A stretch of DNA of 63,307 nt, counting the filler, from Klebsormidium nitens (taxonomy: Eukaryota; Plantae; Klebsormidiophyceae): the NCBI GenBank assembly GCA_000708835.1. It is 5 parts of 5 records of this genome, joined end to end, with 100 filler letters (N's around TTAATTAATTAA, not from the genome) between each part and the next. Parts side by side here need not be neighbours in the genome. Positions count along the whole stretch, not along the records: positions 42,911 to 49,885 come from DF238320.1; positions 49,986 to 63,307 come from DF237787.1; 3 more parts are not named here. The stretch is one strand, 5' to 3'. Within the stretch, counting starts at the first letter, position 1; each line of letters opens with the position of its first letter. Of this stretch, positions 49,585 to 60,969 are shown piece by piece. The translations under genes and the position numbers were made by a program. The notes under the pieces are model-generated. The model was not told where the DNA came from. It was given only the letters and a program-made list of their open reading frames with translations, and ran no database searches.

Positions 49585-49885
49585 TGTTGAGATTAATGTT
49601 GGTTGACGGACAGATTGTGGACATTAAGAACAAAGAGAACAACTACTTGTAAGATTAAGATGAAAGAGAGTGAGGATTTGACACATTACGATGAAAGAAG
49701 TTGAAGACCCGGTAGACTAGAAGAGAAGGGATAAAGGGCTTGGCAGAATTAATATGAAAAGGATTGAGTGCTTGATAGATTAAGATAAGAGGACTTGAGT
49801 GCTTGGCAGATTAAGATAAAAGACTAGTTGAGTGCTTAATGGTTTAAGATGAAAGGGATTTGTGTGTTTGGCAGATTAAGACCAA
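49585..49885 (-). repeat. Probable 5' LTR of the minus-strand Copia, containing a 31-33-bp degenerate tandem array (49738-49885)
   Basis: Terminus reads ..CTCAACA on the minus strand upstream of gag. At least five units like GCTTGGCAGATTAAGATRAAAGGATTGAGT; cut by the contig end. Confidence 0.6.
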
Positions 49886-49985
49886 NNNNNNNNNNNNNNN
49901 NNNNNNNNNNNNNNNNNNNNNNNNNNNNNTTAATTAATTAANNNNNNNNNNNNNNNNNNNNNNNNNNNNNNNNNNNNNNNNNNNN
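49886..49985. other. Artificial contig spacer
   Basis: 44 N + TTAATTAATTAA + 44 N. Confidence 0.97.
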
Positions 49986-52900
49986 GTGACTACCCTAGGT
50001 AGTAATCTGGGAGTCTCAGGAGCAGTGACTGCGGCAGGTGGGTTGACCTCGTCAAACGGGCTCAACGTGAGCTCGGGAATTACGAGCTTGGGAAGTAATC
50101 TCTCCGTGACTGGCCCTATCGTGTCGGTAGCAGGAATCACCTCTTCCAACACCCTCAATGTTACAGGCACGGCCACTCTAGGCAGTAACTTGGCGGTCAC
50201 GGGGCCAATCTCTGCCTCTGGTGCGACTCTGAGCGCTGCGCTCGCCCTAGGATCCAATCTACTAAATACCACCGGCGACATTTCCACTTCGAGCAACCGC
50301 GCTGGTTCGATCTACTCCACGACGGAAAACACCAACGCTCTGACGATCAACAGCAACCTGACCGTATCAGCGGGCAGCACCACCAACATCGGGACGGATC
50401 TGAGGCCCTCGAGCAACATCGCTTACGACATCGGCACGACTTCCAACAAATGGCGGACGGTGTATGCCAGCAACTTCAACGCAGCCGGAGGCACACTGAG
50501 CGGAGACCTCAATCTCAATGCGAACAAGCTGCTGAGTACTGGAGATATTGCTACGTCCAACGCTCGGATCGCAAACGCGTACCTCTCCTTGGCAGACGTC
50601 AGCTACATCACGGCTGGCAATGCCACAGTCAACGGTTCGTTGCAGTGTACGTCCATCGATACTCAGAACAGCAACATCAATCTCGGTACGGGGGCCATCT
50701 ACGCCGGCAGTCTCAGCACGAGCAACGCGATATCCGGAGGAGCTCTGATCGTGACCAGCCTGAGTACTTCGGGTGGTGCCATCAGCGCCGGAACGATCAC
50801 CGGCACGAGTCTGAGCGCGGGGACGGGCTCGGTCAATGGAGGCACTGGCAACTTCAGCGGAAGCGTGACGGTGAATGGCGATCTGCAAGTCGGAGGAGTG
50901 TTGAACTACATCAGCAGCACCACTCTGCAGGTCCAGGACAAGAACATCGTCCTAGCTACCTCGTCCAACGCCACGGATGCCCTAGCTAGTGGTGCGGGGC
51001 TGTACATACAAGGGGCCGGTTATTCGAACTCCAACAACGCCATCTCGTGGACGTGGAATACCGGATCCAATGGCAACTACTGGCTGCCGAGGGGAGGAAA
51101 CATCTCTCTCCTGGGAGTGGCCGGATCGACCAAGATGGTCAGCCTGGTCACTTCTGCGGACGGGTCCTTCAAACTCCTGTCGGACGATGGCTCCACGGCG
51201 ACGAGCACTGCGCTCTTCGGGACGCCTCTCCTTGCAAACAGCTCCAACCTGGACGTCGGCAGCACTTCGAACGTATGGGGAACGGTCTACGCGACCACCT
51301 TGGGAAACTCCAACAAACCGATAACTTCTCTGAACGCGACTTCCATCACCAGTGGTACGATATCGAGCGGGTCCATCAACACGAACAACTCCAACATCTC
51401 TCTAGGTACGGGCAGCATCACCGGAGGGGCCGTGAGCGGAACCACTGGATCGTTCTCCGGGGGCATAACGTCTTCCAACGGGCTCACGGTGACAGCAGGC
51501 AGCTCCACCTTCTCCAGCAACCTAGCAGTGACCGGCCCTATCGTGACGGCAGGGGGCTTGACCTCGTCGAACGGGCTCTCCGTGACGTCTGGGAACGCAG
51601 TCTTCGCAGGGGGGCTGACGTCTTCCAACGGGCTCAACGTAGCTTCGGGCCCGGCGACCTTCGCCAGCAACGTCTCCATCTCAGGGCCAACTTCTTGTGC
51701 CTCTCTGACAGCCTCCGGGACCGGCACCTTCAGCAGTAACGTCTCCATCACGGGACCGACTTCCTGCGCGGCTTTGACCGCGTCCGGCACTGGAAGCTTC
51801 AGCAGCAACGTCTCCATAACCGGACCTGCGTCGGTGGCTGGCCTCTTGACGGCATCCAATGGCCTGACGGTCTCGGGAGGTTCCGTATCCCTTCCGAGTG
51901 GGTCCATCGCGGCCTCGTCCGTGGGCAACCTACCTGCGTCCCAGATAACCTCGGGCACCTTCTCAGTGGGCTCGTTCGGAAGTACGAACATTAGTACCAC
52001 GGGAACTCTTGGGGCTGGAGCGAGCACTCTCGGGGCGCTGACCTGCACGACCATAAGCACCGGAAACAGCAACATCACCGCTGGAACCGGCACGATAACG
52101 AGCGGACAGCTCAATCCCACCACTACTGCGACTTACGACCTGGGATCTTCCAATACGACGTGGAGGAACGCCTATCTTTCCGGCACGATGACGGCGAGTA
52201 ATTACGTGGGCCTGCAGCGAAAGTTGTGGAACGCAGGGGCGCTCGGCATCCAGTCGATAGCCGCCAACAGCTACTTCAAGTTGGCTACTCTGCTCGATAG
52301 TGGTAATACCGCCAGTGCACAGGGTCTTCGGATCGTCGGACAGCTGGGTGGTTTCGGGAACACGCAGACGGCGACGGTAGACTGCACCATAGTCTCTCGA
52401 GGCAACTTTTACGTGAGAGGCACTATCCAAGGCTTCATTTCAGGGGCCAAGCAGCGCGCTGACATCGTCGTCTACATAGAGACTAACGGGCAATATAGCG
52501 TCTATTATTACAACCCCGCGCAATTCTCGGTTTGGGACCTCAGCATCGAGGGCGGCTACGGTACGATCCTCTACGAACCCACCTCGACGGCCATCACTGC
52601 TCCCACAGGCACCCTCGTGACGTCATCTGTGCTGAGCATCCTCACTACCTCATCCGAATTCTCGTCAGGAACGGTGACGACGAGTTTCAACAACTTTAGC
52701 TTTTCGAATTCCGCATCGTCAGGGAATCCCGTTTGGAATCTAATCGGATCTTCAAACTCGGGATCGATACTGAGTGGCAGCATCACCAGCGGCCAACACA
52801 ACCCATCAGCCACGGCGACGTACGACCTGGGAGCATCTGGCACGGCGTGGAGGAGTGCTTACCTCTCGAGCAATATCAACGTAGGTGGTTCTATCACGGG

Positions 52901-55900
52901 TTCCAACGGCCTGACGATCTCGACAGGCTCGGTATCTTTGCCGAGTGGGTCCGTTTCGGCCTCTGCTGTGGGAAGTCTACCTGCTTCCCAGATCACATCA
53001 GGCACGTTCTCGGTGGGCTCGTTCGGCAGTACGAATATCAGCACCACGGGGACTCTGGGGGCTGGGGCCAGCACTCTGGGGGCACTGACTTGCACGACCA
53101 TAAGCACCGGAAACAGCAACATCACGGTAGGAAGCGGTTCCATAACGAGCGGTCAGCACAATCCCACTACCACCGCGACTTACGACCTGGTGCATCTGCG
53201 ACCGCATGGAAAAGTGCTTATTTATCCAGCAATCTGTCAGTCGGGGGCGCCATAACAGGGTCCAACGCATTGACAATATCAGGAACCGGCACTTTCAGCA
53301 GCAACGTCTCCATAACCGGGCTGACGACAGTGGCGGGCCTATTGACCGGTTCGAATGGTCTGACGGTGTCTGCTGGCACCGTCTCCCTGCCTAGTGGGTC
53401 CATATCAGCTTCCGCAATCGGTAACCTACCTGCATCGCAGATCACGTCTGGAACCTTCTCGGTTGGCGCGTTCGGTTCCACAAACATCTCGACCACTGGT
53501 AGCCTCAGTGCCGGGGGGACTACCGTATCTTCGCTTAGCGCGGCGACCGGCGTCTTGGGACAGAGCACGAATAACTGGGCCAAGCGGACCTTCAGCATCA
53601 CCGGTCAGACCTTGTATTCGACACCGACGTGGTGGAAGATCGCAGCGTTCTGGAACAACGGGGCTTATTGCTCCGGTTGCCTTACGATAACCGGGCTCCT
53701 CGCACGTGTTTCAGGGCCGGTGAATTTCACGGCGAACATCGGCTTCCACACTCAGAACTCAGTCTGGAACGCTTCCCTCGTCCTCGACAGTCCGGACAGC
53801 ACTGACCCTTTCGGATCGGGAACATTCGACATCGCACTCTACATCGACAACAGCAAGAATCTGTTCGTGTACGCCAAGCAAAATATGGATTATCTGACCA
53901 TGAGCCTCGATGTCACGACATGCCAATTCGAAGGGAACGTTTCCGCATCGAGCATCTATCCATCTACGTCTTACTCGCTCGCATACGCGGCGACAAACAC
54001 TCAACTGATGGCAGCAGACACCGCGCTCACGTCCGTTCTGAGCTCTTCCAGCTTCTACACATTATGCGGCTCCAACGTCCGAAAGACGAAGGGGTCCGTC
54101 TCCACCTTCGGGGGTGCAGTCACGGCTGGATCCATCTCGACCACCGGAATTCTGAGTGCGGGAGGTCTCACGTGCACGAGCAGTGCGGTCAGCGCATCCG
54201 GCACCGCCAATGCCGTAACTACGACGGATTACGCACCCTCGTTGGCAGCCGGAAATTCTGTGGTGAAATACTTTGGAGTCGCAAACACAACAAACAACTC
54301 TGCGTGGCACCTTTTCAAAAACGTAGGTGCAGGATCGACGTCCAACTACGCAGCATTTGGGATACAAGGGTTTGGTGTGGGAACTGGGTCCTTCAATGCG
54401 AGCGCTAACGGAAACTTTGGTGTTTGCACGGTGAATCCTACATACACTCTGGACGTGTCCGGAACTCTTCGAGCTAGTTCCAATTTTGCAGTTTCTGGAG
54501 GAACGGTCACTCTGCCCTCTGGATCCGTTGCAGCATCCGCAATCGCGAATCTAGATGCATCTAAGATCACGACGGGAACTTTCTCCGTAGGGTCATTCGG
54601 TACAAACATTTCCACGACTGGGACGCTGACGGCGTCTGGTGCATTCACTCTGCCTGGACGCTATTACAAGTCCTATACCATTGCTTGCGACACGACTGCT
54701 GACTGCGCTTACGAATTCGCATCCTTCACGACAGGAACTGCCACGACTCTCGATGTCACCATAGTATCCCCCAAGACGAGCAACATCGAATTCACGAAAA
54801 GGTATTCCATCACCGTCGGGAGTAGTCTGCTAACGGCGGACGGTGCTTGGAGGCGATGCATACCACTGTCCACACACAACGGATATCCGTCGAACGAGGA
54901 CTATGAGCTGCACGTGTCATCACCAGGTGCGACCACCGTCACCGGCGGATCCCAGTACGAACTGAGACTCAGACTGTTACACAGCGTCTCGACCATAGCC
55001 TCGACTATAACCGTAAACGTGACCGCTTATTATGCCCAGGATGGGCTCTTCACGACTTCGAATCTGTCGAGTACCTATGTCGAGGACACCTGGAGAACGC
55101 TCAATTATCTGCCTTCGACCGCCCTGACACAGACGGGAGGTCAGGTGGGCGTGGGAACGACCAGTCCATCCTACAAGCTAGACGTGGCCGGAAGCTTGCA
55201 TGCATCTGGGGCCGCCACATTCGATTCGACCCTGACAGCTGGGGCAGTGTCGACGTCAGGGGCGATCACCACCACGGGAACGGGGACGTACGACATCGGA
55301 ACTAATGCGAACAAATTCGGAAATCTCTTCACGGCGTACATCTACCCTACCACCTTTGTCACGAACCTCGTTCCTGTCACCCATAACGCGTACGATGTGG
55401 GAGTCTCGGGGGGCAACTACTGGAGGAACGCATACTTTGCTGGGACGGTGAATGCATCGACATTGTCCGCAAGCACGTACACCGGTCTCCCCAGAAAGTA
55501 CTGGAATGCTACGACTCAAGGCCAATACAGTGCTACGCCCGGAACTCTCTACAAGATCGGGGTGCTTCCAGCCATCGGCGATGCCTCTGGTGGTGGAGCG
55601 GTGCGGATTTGCGGATCCATGGGAGGCTTTGGCACCAATCAGAGTGTCACGGTAGACTGCACGATTGCTTCGCGAGGTGGGTATGTCGTCAAGGGCTCCG
55701 CAAATGGATACCTCAGTGGCGCAAAAACAAACGCAGACATCGTCACCTACGTTGAGTCAAACGGCAAGTTTACGATTTACCTCAAGAATCTCGGGACTTA
55801 CGTCTGTTGGGATCTCAGCGTCGAACCAGCTAGTATCAATGCAACCGTCAATGAGCCAACTTCCAGCACTGCCACCGCAACTGGGACTCTCAACACATCA

Positions 55901-57607
55901 TCGGTTCTCTCCGTGCTCAGCTCTGTCTTTGAAACGAGCACCTCGACTGCCTCCTTTGGCAACTACTCTTTCTCTTCGAATGCCGCCAACCTCACCTGGG
56001 CATCATCGGGTACCGCTACTGGAGGCTCGGTCTCTTGCGGCCCACTAACTTGTACTACCTTGTCTGGGACTACGGGAAGCTTCAGCGGTGCAATCTCATC
56101 AGGGACGAGCTCGATCCAATATGGAACTCTCGGGGCGAATTCTGCAACATTGTCTGGAGCCTTGTGCAGCCTAAACGCAGGCTCCAACCTTAATAACATA
56201 GTGATAGGAAGCCCAAGTGGACAGGAATATATCCGATTTAACAGCACCTGGTATACTGGAAACCCCAATTACCCTTATGTCATAAATTCTGGGTACGGGG
56301 GGCACATCTGTTTCAATCATACCACCGGTTCGATGTCTTTCGCAACAGCTCCTACCTCCAACATCCCCGCCTATCAGGTGAGCCCTGTAGCCGCTCTGAC
56401 GATTGACAAGAATACGAACGTGACGCTCGCTGGAACATTGACGGCCACAACGGGATCTTTTACAGGTCCTGGCGGTGCTTCGGCCGGAGTCATGAATATT
56501 GCCTGCACTGCGACCAGCACGAGCGTGATAGCTTCATCCACGTTTGCAGCAGGGCTCTCCAGCGCTACATACATCCTAAGCCCGTACGGAGTCAACACGA
56601 CGTCAGTTAACAACGCTGGATATCTCGGATTCAACTACGTGGGTGGAGCAGGCTCTTCGAGTAATTACTATGCCTTTGGCTGTTGGGGATACACTATCGG
56701 GTCGCAATCCTTCAACGCTTGTGCAAACGGAAATTTTGGGATTTGCACGGCTACACCCGCATATACTTTGGATGTAAGCGGTACCCTTCGGACGACCGGC
56801 ACCCTCACTTGCGCTGGCCTGATTCCAGGTGCCACAAACACGAGCGATCTGGGCACGACGAGCTTGTTGTGGAAAAACGCGTATCACACTGGAACGCACT
56901 ACAACAGCGGCAACGCAGGCTTCACCGCAAATTCAACCACAGCACTCACGACGGTCGCTCCCTTCCACTTCTACGGTGCTTGCGATGTCAACGGCACCAC
57001 GGCAGTTATCGGGGTCAACACTTCCGGATGCGGTCTGGTTCTGGACGACGTAGCACAAGCCAAGTGGAGGCTCGGGACGGGTGGTTATAACCTCACTTTC
57101 CAACAACATACCAGTACGTCGGCAACCAACTATGGGAATGCGCAATTCACGACCAGGGTCTACTTCAGCTCAAACGGTGACGTCAACGCATCGAGGCACG
57201 TGTACGCAGGTTCCAACGTGTACGCATCTGGGTCATGTTATAACAATGGCAATGCGATCACTTCCGACAAAAGACTCAAGACGAACGTCCGCCCAATCGA
57301 GGGTGCGCTGTCCAAGATTTGCCGGTTGGACGGAAAAGTATACGACTTCAAACCGCACAATCAGAACATGGTGAAGCCGAATTCGTCCGGCTTCATCGCC
57401 CAAGAGGTGCGGGAATTGTTCCCAGAATGGATAGCTGAGTGGGATGATGGAGTAACGGAGGCCTTCCCAGGAGAAGAGCCCATACTTTGTATCGATGCTG
57501 GTTATGGTCTGCAAGCATACCTCGTGGAGGCGATCAAAGAACTTCGAGACGAAAACGCCGCACTCAAAGCCAGAATGACCGCTCTGGAAGAACGTTGCAA
57601 TTGCTAA
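49986..57607 (+). CDS. Giant modular fibre/spike protein (>=2540 aa, 5'-truncated) with C-terminal Peptidase_S74 intramolecular chaperone
   Basis: ORFs 49986..53255 and 52733..57607 join if one G is restored at 53189-53190 (DLG-ASATAWKSAYL, matching the sister repeat DLGASGTAWRSAYL). Ser/Thr/Gly-rich repeats, YDLGxxxxxW repeats, VGVGTTSPSYKLDVAG; C-terminus TSDKRLKTN..GFIAQEV..YLVEAIKELRDENAALKARM. Confidence 0.88.
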
Positions 57608-57667
57608 CGATCAGGCCTGGCGTTTCCTCCACGAAGAAACTTTCCGGGCATACTCAAAGGAGCGTGC

Positions 57668-58459
57668 ATGGCGCTTCCGAGCTGCTCGGCGTTGCAGAAG
57701 CTCAGACTGCGATTCGTCGCACGTATAGACACTCCGAAGTACGCCATCTTTTACGCCCTACGCAAGATGGACTCCATGGATCTATTCGAAGCCCACTACC
57801 GCATGGGGTTCGACCAGAACCGGATCGGCCGCTGCTATATCTCCCCGAAGACATGGTGCATACTCAAAGAGGACGGATTCGTCGCTCGGGGAGAGGACCC
57901 CAGGGTTTTTTTCTCGGACGGGAAGCCTTTCGTCATGGACAACACGTGGGGCGATGCTTCGCTCCTGGATCAATACAAGCGCTACGACCGTATCAGATTG
58001 CCCTCCACCGGGAAGAACCTCACGATCGTACCCGACGAGGGACGCACGCTCATGGTGGAATGGTTCAAGCCCCTCCGCGTGCACGAGACGCGAGATCTCG
58101 CAAAGGACATGTGGACGCCAAAGATCATGAGGCACGAGAACGCCGACCTCAGCTACAGAGGAGGCACGCCCGGATATAGTTGCGCGGAAAAGAACCACTT
58201 TTACGGTTTCGGACATAGGACATCCATGGATGAGAAAGTCAGGCATAGACCATTCCTCTGGATATTAGATACCGCGAAGTGGAAGGTCGTGACATCGGAT
58301 CTAGATAATTGCGACTGTTTCTCCAACAACATAGTAGATCCCACGAGCGTGGTGGAGCATGGGGGCAAGAGATATCTGGTGACTGCGGAGTCTGACCTGC
58401 CGTGGTTCACCCGACAACAACGATACTACACTTGCGTCTACGAGATGGTACTGGACTGA
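57668..58459 (+). CDS. Five-bladed beta-propeller glyco-enzyme (GH130 / beta-mannosyltransferase-like)
   Basis: Motifs EDPRVF, GKNL, YRGGT, YGFGH..RHRPF, IVDPTS in the expected order; intronless. Confidence 0.55.
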   Translation: MALPSCSALQKLRLRFVARIDTPKYAIFYALRKMDSMDLFEAHYRMGFDQNRIGRCYISPKTWCILKEDGFVARGEDPRVFFSDGKPFVMDNTWGDASLLDQYKRYDRIRLPSTGKNLTIVPDEGRTLMVEWFKPLRVHETRDLAKDMWTPKIMRHENADLSYRGGTPGYSCAEKNHFYGFGHRTSMDEKVRHRPFLWILDTAKWKVVTSDLDNCDCFSNNIVDPTSVVEHGGKRYLVTAESDLPWFTRQQRYYTCVYEMVLD

Positions 58460-58540
58460 TCTATTCCCAGACCCTCCCTCTTTACATCGAAGACCTAACT
58501 TCCATCAAGATGTCCTCGGAGAAAGATGCAGCTACTGCCT

Positions 58541-58798
58541 TCATCCTGCTTTCATCTTGATTCCCATAGGCCCGTAAACCACACCCCCTTCATCTAACAG
58601 TTCAGCCAGTGTGCTGATGCGGTGTGTGCTCACATGAGTCAGGACCGCTTTCTTCTGGTTGGAATATCCCAGTACATTGGCGACATCATTCCCTCGAAAC
58701 CAGGGGTGTTTCTTCTCTACCCCGACCAGAAGAAATCGGACATTCTTTCCGTCCCAAATGATCAGCTGTTGATCCGCATCGAACGTGAAGTTCGCCAT
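58541..58798 (-). pseudogene. BRO-N domain protein, apparently C-terminally truncated
   Basis: HPWFRGNDVANVLGYSNQKKAVLTHV is a typical BRO-N core. The ORF stops after 85 aa without the usual later IxESGLYxL segment. Confidence 0.75.
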
Positions 58799-59165
58799 AC
58801 TTCCTCTCTACGAGAGGGCGCGAAAGAATTCCTAGACTTCTAGACGCGAGATACCGCCTGTGGCTGTTGTTACTTTCCCTAAATCGAAAGCGGTTGCCTC
58901 CTGATGTTTTTGATGTATTTGGTTGTCATGATCACGTTCCCTAAGCCAACAATCTGTCTTCCATCCAATGAATGTTCCACAAGATGATCATTGAACGGCC
59001 TTCGCGCGCCCAAGTGCCTGCATCATTGACGTTCAAATGCAGTCATGCTTTGCAGTCCGGATGGTGTAGAAAAACGTCGTGCATGGCCGCACCGGGACTC
59101 TGAGAGGTACATCCTGTCTGCGTCCCACGTGCACAATCTATGTTACTAACATATCAATATACTCT

Positions 59166-60080
59166 ATGTTTGTAACTGGTCACCTCACGGAAGGCTTCTT
59201 TGGCCGGGCACTTATCTGGATTCTAGAATTACTGCCATTCTTCAAGAGCTCCAACGAAGACGTGACTTTTGAGATAGGTTGCAAGAATTACGGCGTTCCT
59301 CCGGAGTACGATTGCATCGAACCCTATTTCGATCACAGAAGGCCAGACAAGACGCCCCGGGAGAATGCGCGAGTCGAGTCTATCACCGGATTGAAGAAGA
59401 GGCACTGGACGCATTTTACTGAATTCGAGACGCCGAACAAGTCGTGGAATGAGTATTTCTCGTTCAAGCCGCGAGTCACAAACGAGGTGAACGATTTCGT
59501 ATCCGAGAACTTTGTTGGAAGAACTTTGGGCATTCATTACCGCGGGACCGATAAGCAGGTAGGACATTGCATCCAAGGCGGAAAGATCGATTACGAAGAC
59601 ATGGATGCGATCATCGAAGACTTTTGCAGTCGGCCCGAAAAAGTTCCCGACACGATCTTTGTCACGAGCGACGAAGTGGACTATGTGACCCACTTGCATG
59701 CGAGATTCGGGACGCGTTTCCGCATAGTACACAGAGAGGATTCCATCAGGAATGCAAGAGATGTACAGAGGCCTGCGTTCTACGGGGTCGATTTGGAGTC
59801 TGGCGCGACTCTCAAGAGGTCTGACGAGCAGGTCTTTGCACTAGGCCTCGATGCCATATGCAACGCGCTTATCCTGTCAAAGTGCGATGCCGTGCTGAAA
59901 ACGTCATCCGCTCTGTCGGCGTGGGCCAAGATCTTCGAACCGAATCTGGAAGTATACAGGGTCAACGCATGCATGTACGATTGGTTTCCAGACGCAGCGA
60001 TTCCCCTCTATACTTCGTCGGACCCACTCGTACAAACGATCCTTGCAAAAACACTCTTTGGCGAACGGTCCAAAGCCTGA
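59166..60080 (+). CDS. NodZ/GT23-like (O-)fucosyltransferase family protein, 304 aa
   Basis: LGIHYRGTDK, IFVTSDE and LILSKCDAVLKTSSALSAWA correspond to fucosyltransferase motifs I-III; ATG 59166 follows an AT-rich stretch. Confidence 0.72.
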   Translation: MFVTGHLTEGFFGRALIWILELLPFFKSSNEDVTFEIGCKNYGVPPEYDCIEPYFDHRRPDKTPRENARVESITGLKKRHWTHFTEFETPNKSWNEYFSFKPRVTNEVNDFVSENFVGRTLGIHYRGTDKQVGHCIQGGKIDYEDMDAIIEDFCSRPEKVPDTIFVTSDEVDYVTHLHARFGTRFRIVHREDSIRNARDVQRPAFYGVDLESGATLKRSDEQVFALGLDAICNALILSKCDAVLKTSSALSAWAKIFEPNLEVYRVNACMYDWFPDAAIPLYTSSDPLVQTILAKTLFGERSKA

Positions 60081-60082
60081 CT

Positions 60083-60883
60083 CTACCAAGATGCAGCAGT
60101 TCCCCTGATCCTCAGCACGCGCTCTGGGGCGTAAGGCTCCCCACATTTTTCACCGCGATAGCCCCGTTGGTTTGAGAAGACCAACGTCCCGTCTGCATCC
60201 TGCTTCGTGTTGTAGTGCGTGTGGCCGTGAGCCCACGCCACCACGGGCGGGCCCATAAACTCGGTCAGGTCCGTGCCGAACGCGTAGTTGGTCGGTCTCC
60301 CTTCGTAGGCCGGTGCGGAGACTCCCTTCCGCAACGGAGCATGGTGCGTGAGGACCAGCACCGGCTCCCGTCTGCCCTCTGCCTCCAGAATCGCCTCCAG
60401 AACGAACTCAAAGTCTCTCTCGTGCAGGGCGTTGGTGTCTTCGACGGTGAGCGGACGGAGGTCGGCCCCGACCTTCTTGCCGATGCGGACGTAATCGTTG
60501 ATCGTATTGCGCACGACGTCTCTGGCATGGTCCGGGACGCGACTCCACAGAGTACAACCGATCACCCTGACGCCTCTGAGCGAGATGCTCTTGCGGTCCA
60601 TGAAGTGCACGTTGTCGTGCTTCTTTGCGAGCTTCGCTATCTTACTCTTTACCTCCTCGTATTCCCCACCGTAGAACTCGTGATTCCCGGCGATTATCAG
60701 GACGGTCTCGAACTTCCTCGAGAGGTCCTCCACGAGCGCCGCGTACTCCGCGCTCCTCGGTTCGCTGATGTCTCCCAGTAGAGCGATGTGGGGTGCTACG
60801 GCCGGAATGATCGGTAGCTCTTTAGAATGCTCCATCTCCATGTGGAGATCGGATACTATCTGGATGTCCAAGCAGGCGGCCAT
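60083..60883 (-). CDS. Calcineurin-like metallophosphoesterase
   Basis: All five metal-binding motifs present: SDLH, GDI, GNHE, THH, HGHTH. Confidence 0.92.
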   Translation of the reverse strand: MAACLDIQIVSDLHMEMEHSKELPIIPAVAPHIALLGDISEPRSAEYAALVEDLSRKFETVLIIAGNHEFYGGEYEEVKSKIAKLAKKHDNVHFMDRKSISLRGVRVIGCTLWSRVPDHARDVVRNTINDYVRIGKKVGADLRPLTVEDTNALHERDFEFVLEAILEAEGRREPVLVLTHHAPLRKGVSAPAYEGRPTNYAFGTDLTEFMGPPVVAWAHGHTHYNTKQDADGTLVFSNQRGYRGEKCGEPYAPERVLRIRGTAASW

Positions 60884-60969
60884 CTTCAGCTGCTAGTACC
60901 TCCTGATAGAAGATTTTGCAGGATCGAAACGTACCAACCATATTATCTGGCGTCTGAGTATACGAGCCA

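Noticed and set aside
49738-49885. CRISPR-like appearance of the 31-33-bp repeats
   Set aside because: The units are contiguous and degenerate, with no unique spacers and no cas genes; the context is eukaryotic.
50367-57514. Many overlapping or antisense ORFs across the fibre gene (e.g. 51287..52123, 50367..50888)
   Set aside because: Shadows of the repetitive Ser/Thr/Gly codon pattern.
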